Source of the DNA: Lytechinus pictus
Taxonomy: Eukaryota
Reading direction: 5' to 3'
Length of the DNA stretch: 64,000 bases
NCBI RefSeq assembly: GCF_037042905.1
Contig: NC_087250.1
Span: 6,202,001-6,266,000, forward strand
Below the pieces are notes generated by a model, which searched no databases, was not told the DNA's origin, and saw only the letters and a program-made list of their open reading frames with translations. Position numbers and translations under genes: made by a program. Position 1 is the first letter of the stretch. Each line of letters begins with the position of its first letter. Of this stretch, positions 12,059 to 24,120 are shown in pieces.

Positions 12059-12749
12059 TACTGTACCTCCTCTCTGTGCAGGCTGTACTGTTCATCTACA
12101 TCCAAATTTGATTTGGATGGCGGGCTTGTAAAGTGACATGGGGCTAAAGAATATTGGAAAGAAGGACCTCTGCCAATAATTTCTTTAATGTACACAATAC
12201 ATTGGTACTCTTTATTGCAGAAGAGGCCGAATGAGGTTCGTCTCGACCAAGGTACTACACGAGTTAACTGGCTTAATCTGTAAAACAAAGAATGTTCGTC
12301 AACTTGGCTTCTCCTATTCAACGGTGGAAAGATACCTCGTCAGAGCAGACTCCTCGGCCAGAAATGTCTGAAGATCAGGTCTTAAAGAGATGCTCCAAGA
12401 CTGGAGAAAGCGTATCCGACCTAGTGAACAGCTTACCAAACTTCGCCTTGCTTTGGAGGCCGCGGGGCTAGGACGTGAATCGGAAGTCATCTTCCACGGA
12501 AATTAGAATGTAGTCAATCGTCATGGGCCAAACTGAAATATCTAGGTTTTCGAACGACGGGAATGTGTCAGCTTGATTAATGTACCAAAATCATAAAATC
12601 CTCTTAGAAAAATTAGAGTATTATATAATAGGGATTGCAGTGGTTCCAGCGTTACCTCTCAAACCGATCACAAGTATTGTCTTACAAGGATAAAATATCC
12701 AGACATGGAGCTATTTTATAGGTCCATGATCCAGATATAGATGTATTAC

Positions 12750-14020
12750 ATGAGCGTCCCACAAGGATCAGTCCTTGTCCCCAACATGTTTTTATGATAC
12801 ACTAATGACTTAACTGATTATTTTCAGTTTAGACGTTGTGCTGACAATTCAAATATTTCCATACTTTCCCCATAAATAAAAAAGGAAATTGATATGAATG
12901 ATATAGAGTAATAATTGAAGGAAGTACAAAAGTCGTGCATATTAAATACATTGACGATTATTTTTTTAAGAAAATAAATCATATGATCATTAAAGGACCA
13001 AGACAGTCAGTTTATTATTTTATATATTTCATTATTTATTCATTTATTTTCCACTCGTGGGCTGGATGACCTTCTTCAGCCACAGGCTGTTCTTCTGAAC
13101 ATACAATAGTAAACACAAATACACACATAGAATATAACATAAATAAACAACAAAAGTCATACATGCGTGTAATTAAAGACTACAAACAAGTACGACAAAA
13201 ATGTACAATATACTATATAATAGTTGGATGGGAGGGTGAAATTAAAGGTATGTTAATATGCATATGGAACAATAATAGTGGCATATTTGTAGGAATTCAA
13301 ATTGCATGATTGATGAAACACTAATGTGGAATGATCAAATTCAAAGTATTGATAAAGCATTAGGTGCAAAATTAGGTGTGTCTTTCAAATTAAGATATTA
13401 TGTTCCGAGACATGTTCGTATACATACTTTATGGAATTGAAGTTTGGGGAGGCTGCAAAAGCTACCTTAAGTGTATATTTTTGGCATACAACATGGCAAT
13501 GAGAGCGATTACATTTTCACCACTAAAAGCAAGTTCTATGCGACTATTTGCTAGTCTGAATGCATCATATGTTTTTGATCCGCATAAACTTGCTGTATAA
13601 GCAATAGTTTGTCATTAACACTAGGGAAATTTACTGACTGACTGGAATACTCGCCAGGGAGTGGAGGATGTGCACACATTGTGTGCGGGAATGACTGATT
13701 GAATCCGATGACCGGGGTAATAATATATCTGTAAAGCGCTTAGACATGTCGTTCCGATGGATTAAGCGCTATATAAAAGCGGATTATTATCATTACCCTA
13801 CTCTTTAACCAAACACTATGAAAGGATAAGTCATATTTATAGAACTAGAGGCAAAGAATATTTCATGCCTATAATTCCAAAATGCACAAAATATGGTACA
13901 TTTTCAATTTATTTTGTTGGAACAAAACTCTGGAACAGTTTACCTTAAAGAATTCCAGAGGAAAGAACAAGACTTTCATTTCTGGGGAAAATTGAGGAAA
14001 CACTTGTTAAATGAAGTGTA
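12750..14020 (+). mobile_element. Degenerate LINE (CR1/L2-group) ORF2 3' fragment
   Basis: Translates as SVPQGSVLVPNMFL*YTNDL...CADNSN (RT GVPQGSVLGP and FADD motifs, decayed), then YGIEVWG (~13430) and GTKLWNSLP (~13920). Contains stops and frameshifts and is interrupted by other fragments. Confidence 0.8.
13640..13796 (+). mobile_element. 5'-truncated SINE/LINE tail inserted in the LINE
   Basis: gtaaagcgcttagac...taagcgctatataaaagcggattattatcatta tail. A similar tail occurs at ~17010-17075. Confidence 0.55.
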
Positions 14021-14794
14021 GTTTTGTGTAATTGTCTACTAAAATGTATTTCAATGTGATGTTTTTCGAGCATGCATAACACATTTTTTGGTCGTTTTTT
14101 TATTTGTTTATTTTCATGCTAAGATCAAATCAACTACTTAATATATATAGCTTTTCATGCAATATAACATACTTCAGTGAAATGTGCGATTTATGGCTGT
14201 AAGTGCTTTAAAATTTTGTTTGTATTCATGTAATGTAAATTTCATGTCACCGTAATCAGATGTACATATGTAAATATGTTGTTAATAAAATGTCAATAAT
14301 TGTGATGCAGATTTTACATGCCTACATAACCTCTGTAAATACCAATTTAATTATTCATTCCGAGTGTCTTACTACTTGTAATTCATTCATCTTGCATCGG
14401 TGACCCACCTCCCGCAGTCTTTGTTTGAAAAGTGTAATTTCCGTCTTTTATCCTTCTCTAGGTTTACGTATTAAACTATGTACGTATATGTTTTAAAACT
14501 ATTGTTTTTATCTGCGTTTGCTTGTTTTAAATGCAGATGTTTGATTACAATATACTTTATTAGCTGTTACAAAGGTGATATGTGCTTAGCAAACCACACA
14601 GCCACACCTCTTTCCCATTGTTTCGATATTTCAATATCACAGTTCATAAGATTTATCATAATTGTATTTGTGAACATTATTTGTATTGTAGACAAACATG
14701 TATGTACTGATGATGTGGAAGAGGTTCATCGTGGTGAAGGATTGAGTAGAAGAAATAACGAGTTGTCTCACGATGTAGCAAACGTAGTGTGAAA

Positions 14795-14832
14795 GCGACG
14801 TTTCGTCTGCAAGCTGCTAGACTTCGTCAGGC
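14795..14832 (-). ncRNA. Minimal type I hammerhead ribozyme motif
   Basis: Minus strand reads GC-CUGACGA-A-GUCU(A)GCA-GCU-UGCAGAC-GAAAC-GUC/GC. Both core boxes are present, with a 7-bp stem II, a loopless palindromic stem III (ACGU) and a GUC cleavage triplet. Stem I is only 2 bp. Confidence 0.7.
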
Positions 14833-14860
14833 AATGAGCAAAGACGCTACTGCGCACGGG

Positions 14861-14951
14861 TTATATAGCGTCGGGAGCTATTGTCTGGCTCCACTCGGGC
14901 GTGAGCCGCGCTGTGATTGGCCGAAGCCGCTGGCCAATCACGCTGGCCAAT
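14861..14951 (-). promoter_or_regulatory. Putative Pol II promoter of the Penelope-like element
   Basis: TATATAA on the minus strand at 14861-14867, ~30 nt upstream of the hammerhead. CCAAT boxes at 14916-14920 (-), 14934-14938 (+) and 14947-14951 (+). Confidence 0.5.
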
Positions 14952-15221
14952 AACCGTGAGACAACTGGTTATTTCTTCTACTCAATCATGTATGTACTGT
15001 TTTTTTGGTTATAACGAGAATGAAAATAAATGAACTTGGACTTGTATAGAAAATACTTTCATCCTCGTAAATCACAAATGAATCAATAATAAACCGATAT
15101 GAAAATCAAATGAAATGCCACATCTCTTCAAGGTTTAAGTGCTGTGGGCTCAAACAAATGATGGGTGAGTTGCATAGCATCTGACTAATGAACTCACCAA
15201 GGCACATACCAAAGACTTTAA

Positions 15222-15398
15222 AGGGGAATCCAGCCTTGGTCATAATATGTTGTGTTTGAATGAAGAAAAACAAATAAAACAGAATGGTGAAAGTTTGAAA
15301 GAAACCGGACAAGCAATACGACAGTTATGGCTGTTTTAAAATTGAGATCTCTAAGACTAGGTAGATTTCAAATTGGCAACTGGGTAAGTAAACTATGT
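15222..15398 (-). mobile_element. Terminal fragment of the Kolobok-like MITE found complete at 41035-41630
   Basis: ttaa-aggggaatccagccttgg... matches the reverse complement of ~41455-41634. Confidence 0.75.
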
Positions 15399-16097
15399 TT
15401 TACAACACTGTAAATATCAACTAGGTTTTTTATGGTCAGACTCAAACTTCACCTATCTCTCACCGCAAGCCACATTTATGTACATATGATGTTTATCTAC
15501 ATTACCAAACATTTTACAGTTTCCCCTAATGTTATGGAAAAAATAAAGTTAATAGCAAAGATATATATTTGTCCATTGATAGTGATTCAAACTTGACCAT
15601 TGAGTTTTAGAGTTAGCTATAAACATTTGCCTTTTCTCACCGTGAGTAAATTTTGTATGAGATAGTTTTGTACAATACATTGTGACACTTACCATAACCT
15701 TAGGAGGGGGGGGGGGGGCACAGGACAGTTGCCCCTCCCAAAAAAAAATTGAAAGCGTACATTTTGACTGAAAATGTGTACAAACGTATGCAGTGTGCAT
15801 AATATATATATTCGGTAAAAACATGGACCTCCTACTATGTCCATGGTAAAACCCATCATTCCTATTCATTACTAGAAATGAATATTTATATTTTGTTTGA
15901 TCGATCAATTACAGTAAGACAAGGCCCACTCGTTGACCACTGGTCAATGCTACCCGAAGAGTCGGTGAAGTGTGTTTATTTGTTATATGTGTTATTATGT
16001 AAGAAAAATGATTTGTATCAATATTTATGTCATTTCTGTTGGAAATAAATCTGAATCTGAATTTGTGTTTGCCTCCGGCTGTGTAGGATAATGCTTA

Positions 16098-16253
16098 AGT
16101 CACATTTCCCCTACGATGTCTGCACGGTGATTCTAAAATAGCCGTTTTCCGGAAGAAAAAAAACTACATCAAGGAAGCTGGGATTAAAAAAAAACATAAT
16201 AAAAAACGGCTGTTTTAGACTCGCCGTATGGCGACCGTAGGCGAACTGTGACT
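16098..16253. mobile_element. Small palindromic MITE
   Basis: Imperfect long inverted arms agtcacatttcccctacg...ctaaaatagccgtttt / aaaacggctgttttag...cgtaggcgaactgtgact. Confidence 0.6.
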
Positions 16254-19096
16254 AGACCATTGAAAGGTATATTATACAATATTCTTTTTTAGCGATAGTT
16301 AATTGGTACATAATAGGTATACAGTGGTGACCCGTGAAAAAAAATGCATGTTCGTAATTAAAAGTCATATAATAGAAACGAAACCAAGTTTGGGTAATTT
16401 TGTACAAACGTGTTATTACCAATTCGATTTTAAACAGACGAGTATTAACTTTAAGCCTCATAAATAAAATGTAAATGTATTAAAGGTATAGTCGCACGAT
16501 GTTCCACTTTGTATTTCTGATTGGTAAATGTATTTTACTTTTTATTGGTTACTGTACATATCTTGCAATAACTGTACAAAGAAAATGTGAAGTAAAATCT
16601 TTAAATTGCAATACATTGAACAGTGTCAATATAACGTATGCATAGAAAATTAGAAATACAAATTATGAATAATACGTCAAGCTGCAATTTAGTTTCCTCA
16701 GAAGAATTTATCTCTGTTTTATTATTTACATTTTTACGAAATGCAATAACCACGATAATTGGAAGTTTGGAAAATTTATTGCCAAATCATATTTATCTTT
16801 ATTTGGATGAAGTATACAACGTGACTGATAACATTCGACACATATTTTGTGTTAGGTTATACAGTCTGTGATAATCATCATTTCAGCAGTATCGTTTATG
16901 TTTTTATTACGTGGTACTAGTAATCAAAACACGGGGGAAAACAATACAAAACGATATGAACTATTACAATCCAATGATAAACTTTGCATTTAAGATGCTT
17001 ATATAGAAAAGTGCTTAGAAACTGTATTGTATTAAGCGCTATATAAAAGCTCCATATTATTATTATTATTGTTATTATATAGTCTGGTAAAAATATTGTA
17101 TGATAATTATTAAGAACAAAAGAATAACAATGATAATTTCATATTATGTACTTTATACCTAAAAAAATCCTAGAAAGTCGTAATGAAGGAGAAGAAATGG
17201 CCTAAATATTAAAAAGCTTGTATAGCTGCTGAATCCAAATGTATTTGACATCAATTGAAATGAATGGCAAAGGATGTAATATATCCTCTCACACAACATA
17301 GGCCTAAATATTTTAAGCGCATGCCTCAACGAATCTTTGCTATAATGTAAATTAGAGATGAATATCACAAAATGAGACAACATTACAAAGTTAATAATTG
17401 AAGAAGCTCAGAAAACATTGATTGGTTTATAGTTTTCACTTTTTCAGTTAATGTAATAAATGAAGTTTTAAATTGATTTGTATTGTTAAATACATACATA
17501 TTTTTTAATATATATTTAATCCCCCTTTCCTTTTTTTTTAATTTTTTTTTTTTTTTTTTTTTTTGGGGGGGTTAAGTGTGGAATATTTGTCAATAAGTCG
17601 TTTGCATAAAATTGTTATGACATTCCAGCTTTGCGTAGACCATATCGGTATTTGATAAACAGACCAAAAGGCTATAAGACGAATATACTATAGACCAAAT
17701 AGCCATTAAACAAATCAACAATTTGAACAAACAGTAATTGAACGAAATCATTGTCATGGCCCTTGAATTTGGCTGGGCCTGTTACTGTTGTGTGTGTGTG
17801 TGTGTGTTAGGAATCGGCAAAACCTTTCAAAAGAATTGTAATGATAATTTCGTAATCGATTATAACTAATTTGTCTATAATCAACCTTACTTTAAAAGAT
17901 TATCGTGGTCATGTTGGGCGGTTGAATTTTTTAATTGCTTTCTATTTGGCTTTGGTAATGGTAAAATATTTTTTCAACGAATTAAAAAGTTTTTTTCTTG
18001 ATGGGGAAAAATGATAAAGAGTATTTATCACTGAGAAAAAAAATGATATTTTAATCGCTCATACTGATAGTGTTTATCAATATACTGATTACATTGTCAG
18101 TGTTTAACAACGAGGATTAGAATCCGACGACGTTGAAATGATTGGCATGATTTACGATGCACTTCCGGTCAGCAGGAAATTAAATATGAAAAAAGATAGA
18201 GACACAACTCCTGATGAATCCTACATAACCTTTTTTCAGGTAGAAATATTGCATTAATAAATGCTATTGCATAAAAAAATCATACATTTCTTTACCAGAA
18301 AGCAATAACGCCTGGAGAATTCACAAGACTAAAATGCAAGTATCGTGTTCAGATAAAGACAGAGAATATAAAGATAAGAACAAGGTAATGCACATTAAGT
18401 AGCCAACTTAGAGAGTACATATTTAAATCAATACACGGAATCATTCATTTGCAATTATTTGGGAAAGTTGATTATGATCTGCGTGGTTACTGTAAAAAAG
18501 AAGAAAAAAAGAGTCTTAGCGTTATTTATTTTCTTTTAGTGTGAAAAGACAAAATCAGCATGGAGTGATTGCGAGTATATTTTCGAATTTGTTTCATCAA
18601 ACTTACTTGGGACGATATTTTTTTTTTTTTTTTGGGGGGGGGATAAAATTAGCAGATCAAGAAAAAAAATTATTAACTACTTTATAATCCCTGTGAAGTG
18701 TTTGGATTTCAATGGTAGAGAAAAAAATCAGAAATATATTTGAATGAAATTAAACATAAATTTAAAGACAGAAAATTGGCATCAAACTAAAGTGTCCATA
18801 TATTTCATTCTTACTACTCAGAAGAGGAAAAAAAAAGAAGGGTTTACCGCCCTCACGCGAGTAGAATGTAAAATAAGGTATCGGTGAAGGGCATCTACCA
18901 ATATTTATGAATCAGATCCAACCGTTATAAATTCAAAGATCATGAACAGATGAATTATGGTATTATAAAAATAAAATATAAAAGATTACTGCGAGCGCGA
19001 AACACGTGTTGGATATCTTGAGATTTAAACCTTAATCCACATGAATATGTGATAAAATCAACTTTTCTCATTGCTATTCAACTACCCATTTCTTAA

Positions 19097-19961
19097 AGAC
19101 CCTGACCGGTGTAAAAACAATCATATATCAAAATTAAGGTAATGATTCATACAATACAAATATACCAAAAATATTACATATATCTCCTTCCAATAGTTAA
19201 AAATATTAAATAAAATTCAAAGAAACTGCTCCTCCAAAGTACGCTTCTATTGAGCACCCCCACGTCGCCTGGAAATGATGACGTCACGTTGTGTCAGGAG
19301 GGTTGTGATTCCATAGGTTTGTGTACAAAAGCATTGGGTATCTTCTTCCATTCCCATGTTATGAATCCATTTTTTTTTCGTTTTCAGATGAAAATGGCAC
19401 TCAAAATTATTCACTGTTCAAATTGTTGTAAACCTACAACTATTCACTACCTTTTTTGTGATTTCTTTGTTTGGCTCTTATTGGGCCTAAATTGCTATGT
19501 CAGGAAAAGTTGTTATACATAATCTAAATGCAGATAGAATTGAAATCTGCGCCAAATAAGCAGGAAATAAAATATGGCAAAAACTAGTTCAAAACTGCAG
19601 ATTTCATAAATTCAAGCTTGTGGGTAAAAATATATGTGATATCCCTCTGTGATAGAAGTGAAGAGAATGAAATGCGTTATCTGGAAAGCAAAAAAATCAC
19701 CCAGTTTTTCTGTGTACAAACCTATGAAATCACGACGATTCTTACACAACGTGACGTCACGGTCTCGAGGCAGGTGAAAAGCACAATAAAGCCTATTTTC
19801 TAAGCGGGGTTCGAAACCCGATAATTGGAATATTCTTAAGCAAAATACTCAGCTGGGAAGCGGTGAAAATGCATAAAGCTTACCTTGGTGTATTTAGTAG
19901 CTTATAAGCTTTCGATTGGTATATAATTTATCAATTTCATTTTCGGGTCCGGTCTGGATCT
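19097..19961. mobile_element. Kolobok-like non-autonomous DNA transposon (TTAA TSD)
   Basis: TTAA at 19093-19096 and 19962-19965. Termini agaccctgaccgg / ccggtctggatct. Subterminal inverted repeats ~19279-19330 vs ~19707-19759. Confidence 0.7.
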
Positions 19962-21993
19962 TTAAATTTTAGATATCGACCATTTTTAACATTACAATCA
20001 AGACCATTATTTGCTTGTACAAAAATCTCAGTCAATACATTTATTTAACTTCATGACTATTCATCCTATTCCAATATTATGACTAGGGACCCTCTTTATC
20101 ACCTTTTTTCTCTATCAGAGCTTACATTGATATAGGTGATTGTCAGTAAATGAAGCTAAATGGTTAGAATTGTACATTAATTGATTAATCAATTATTGGA
20201 TTAATAAATTACTTTTGCATAGTTATTCTGTTTCAATCTTGTGATTATTGAGCCTCGTGATCCTTTTTCTCCATCAGCGTTTATATTAATACACGTGATT
20301 GCAGTCATTAATTGTACATTGTGACTAGAAATGATGCATCAAGAGAATTGCTAATATTCACAATAAATTTAAAGAAATATAGACTGGATGAATAATATTG
20401 AATTATTTGTGTATGACCTTAACAAAAATGAATTATCAAATGTATTCAACAATATGTCTTTTTATCATTCCTCTCCTAGAACGACGACAATATTTATGAA
20501 AAAAAAAACCGTTCATATATTCTGGTATCAAACTTTGGAATGCTCTTTCAAGCTTTACGAAATAAACCAACATATCTGATAGTTTTAATAGAGCATTCGA
20601 ACAGAATCTCGTTTCTGTAGACTTTTATTATATATATTTATTTTGTTTTTTATTCATTTATTTATATTGTTTTATTCAATTTTATTTCACTTTTGTTTAG
20701 TTGATCTTACTTCATTTCATTTCATTGTATTTTACTTTATTCAATTTGATTTAATTTGATATAATTCGATTTGAATCATTCATATTGTTTTACTTTGCAA
20801 TTAGTTGGAAATATAAAATGAAATAAACGTGTTATATTATAATGAAGTCTATTAGTGGTATTGTGATAGCTTAACCACATGATCAATTTGGTTTAAACCT
20901 TTCTCATTTGCTATTTTTGTGTTTGTCCCGTTCATTTACTCGTTTATTTCCCTTTCTGTCTTGCCACTAATGCTGCTTTTCGTGTTTGGTATAATCTAAG
21001 CCGTAATTCAGAGACTGACCAAGCACTATTAAAGTTTATGGAAACGTTTTTTTCTAGTTGTTTCTTTTTCTCTGGAACATTATTATCTTCGTTGAACATG
21101 TTGAAAGACCCTCAAAGGACAGGTGGGCTGAACATTTTTTTTTACTCGTGCAGAAGTGTGAAAATAAATAGCATTAACATGCTTTTTGCACGTCATTTAC
21201 CCTTCCAATAAAAAAAATTGACCCTCAAAAGACAATTTACAAGTCAATAACATTTCAGAAAAAAAAATCTTCTGCTGAGATTACTTTTTTCGTTTTACCA
21301 CCTGACCCAGCTTTGTGATCATTAACTCTTAACTGGGGAAATTGTTATGAGCTTTATCGAGTTCATAACCATTAAATTGGTATTGATATAAGAATAAATA
21401 CATGTTTACCCAACTCTGTAAAGCACGCGATCTGCCATTGTGTGCTAAAAGATCTTTCTATCAAGTTTAAGTAGACCAAGTCATGGTAAAACGAAAGCTC
21501 TGAGCCTTTTGTAAACTGCATAATGTGTCACGAGGGTGTACTTTCCCAGTTTCGATGTGTGTGTGGGGGGAGGGGTGTTACGAAGTTGCACGTCCAAAAA
21601 AGAGGATAAACTTCTCTTGAAAATAAAAGGTCAAAGAAAAAAAATCATCTCGGCAAGGGGCGGTTGACTTTATTCTAAACTAATTGAACATCCCTCCCGC
21701 GCGCCCGTCTCTTTCTGGGAAACTTTTAAAATCAAAACACAAAAACAAACAAACAAGCAAACACGAAAATAATCATCTTCCTTTTTTTAGTTTTCATTTT
21801 GATGCACTTTCCTGACCAATGACATCTTTCTTAATTTCTATTTTAATCATTTTCTTGAAAAATAATGCTACATCTCGTCTATCACAGGAAAGGAGGGAGG
21901 GTACCCCTTCAATATTTTGCAATACCGGGCTTACTATTTTATTTTCATTTTGTTAATATTGTACTGAAGAGTGAATTATGATGCATGATAATG

Positions 21994-23160
21994 AATCAAT
22001 CCCTCCATAGTTATTATCGTATATTATATTTGCATAACCTCACGGCATCATTATATTCCTTGACTTTCAAACTAAAGGGGCGTTTTATTTACCATTGAGT
22101 TATAAACAAAATGTTACATAAATTTACATTTTTTCGACATTTGGCTGCTACATTCAATTATTTTGACTGGTTATGACATCTTTGGGCATGAATACAGGTG
22201 ACACATGTTTAAACGAGGAGCAAGTCGGGTATTCATCTTTCGGAAAGCAAACTAATCATTTTATCCCGAGATTTGTTGAAAACGATCTCTTTACTGGGAT
22301 ATTTCTTCTAAATTTTCTCTTCATGAGGAACAACATACTTTGAAAGAAACGATTGTCAAAGTGATTGGCCAATATTTTCATTTGCAGAATAGCATTTCCT
22401 TTTAACTTGATCTACTAAAACTGGTTTTTGTAATACGTCTTTCATTTATGTTTATCTCAACATCTCTTGCAATCATGGAGAGTTCGTGGCATCACCATTC
22501 CCACTCTAATTTTCACCCCGTTCATTGAGATATCATGCTATAACTCCTGTATTAAAGAAATGAAGGGGCTCCATTTAAGACTTTTGTGTTTACTTTATTT
22601 GATTTTCATTATATTTGTATTTTCTTCGAGAAGCATTATAACGCATGAAGCAATTGCGGGAATCAATCCTCGTGACAACCGATGTCCTTATTCATCTCAT
22701 TTATTATCGTATATTATGTTTGTATAATATCACGGCGTCATATATTCCTTGACTTTCAAACTAAAGGGGCGTTTTATTTACAATGGTGTCATAAACAAAA
22801 TATGTGAAATAAGTTGACCATATTTGGTCGTGAAACTGCTACATTCATTTTGATTGGTTAAGAAATCGTTGGACATGATGTCACGTGACACATGTTAAAA
22901 TAAGGAACATTTCGGGTGTTCATCTTTTGGAAAGCAAAGTTATCATTTTACCCCGAGGTTTACTCGTCCTCTCACTACAATGGAAGATGTTGAAGATTTC
23001 TTTATTGGGACATTTCTTCAGAATTTGTTGCTACATGAAGAAGAACAAGATACTTTTAAAGAACCGATTGTCAAAATGATTGGCCAATATTTTTATATGC
23101 AGAACGTGATTTTGTAAATCGATCTACTCAAGTTAGTTTTTTGCTATCTCCGTTTTCATG
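21994..23160 (+). repeat. Diverged tandem duplication (~450-500-bp units, ~690-bp offset)
   Basis: 21994-22445 aligns to 22661-23160. For example, tatattccttgactttcaaactaaaggggcgttttatttac and tgattggccaatatttt occur in both. Confidence 0.8.
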
Positions 23161-23889
23161 GTTCTTGGTCGTCCATTGTACCTGCCATGCATTTAGCCAA
23201 AGGGAGGCCATGTTAAAAACAACCTATTAACGTTAGTACATCGGGTCTTTTTAAACTTTAAGCTGTTGGATTTCCAATAAAGAAGTAAGTACATTTTAGA
23301 ATAAGTTTGTTTATGCACCACACCAAAAACACAACAACAGTAGAGATGGGATAAAAGACAAAATGCTGGGGAAAGGGAGAGAGAAGAGAAAGAGTTAGAC
23401 CTGAGGGAGTGAGGTATGAGGAGGGGGAGACGGCTGGCGAGGGAGCGGTATGGTGAAATAATTGTGTAGAATTAAATCAAGATGAAATAAATGCTGGTCG
23501 AATAGAGCAGTTTTTGTTTGTGTGTTTGGTTAGTTAGTTTTTTTGTTGTAGAACATCATTGAGCAAAATTCTTAAAGGTCCTTATTTGGACAAACTTTAA
23601 TGTAGACTAAATTCGAGTGAGCGAGGTAATGGAGCCTTAAAGTGGTTATGAGTTTTTTTTTTTTTATTTAGGAGGCAAGGGAAGTGATTTTACGTTTTTA
23701 GATCAAGTAATAAATTGGCTCTATGACATCCTTAATATTTAAATAAATTAAGTGGATTTTGTACAAATGAAAGAAAATGAAATTGAGACTAAATAACGAA
23801 ATTGAATCAATAGATGTTTTCCTACATATCAAAATATTATTTGTATACATAACAATTTTTTAAACCTTTTTCGGTGTAATATTACGCCG

Positions 23890-23921
23890 ATATATATACA
23901 CGTGTATATATATATATATAC

Positions 23922-23961
<40 letters not shown>

Positions 23962-23965
23962 TGTA

Positions 23966-24028
<63 letters not shown>

Positions 24029-24039
24029 ATGTATATATA

Positions 24040-24109
<70 letters not shown>

Positions 24110-24120
24110 ATATATATACA
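23890..24120. repeat. (TA)n microsatellite
   Basis: ~230 bp of interrupted TA repeat. Confidence 0.97.

Larger units (their letters stand above)
8785..12506 (+). pseudogene. ZU5/UPA-like + C-terminal death-domain gene (UNC5/PIDD-like architecture), 3' part, disabled
   Basis: Phase-compatible exons: 8785-9038 (RITFSTRHLQHFAL...TIRVRIAHPYNRD), 9406-9540, 10138-10237 (or -10282), 11431-11458 and 12221-12506 (death-domain-like LGFSYSTVERYL...EMLQDWRKRIRPSEQLTKLRLALEAAGL, stop TAG 12504). Lesions: acceptor CGG instead of CAG at 8782-8784; in-frame TGA at 10186 and 12369. The ZU5/UPA assignment is from motif resemblance only. Confidence 0.7.
14710..14987 (-). mobile_element. Penelope-like element pLTR-type fragment with inverted terminal segment
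   Basis: 13-bp direct repeat catgtatgtactg at 14697-14709 and 14987-14999. 33-bp inverted repeat 14740-14772/14955-14987 (1 mismatch). Hammerhead core and TATA/CCAAT boxes inside. Confidence 0.7.
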
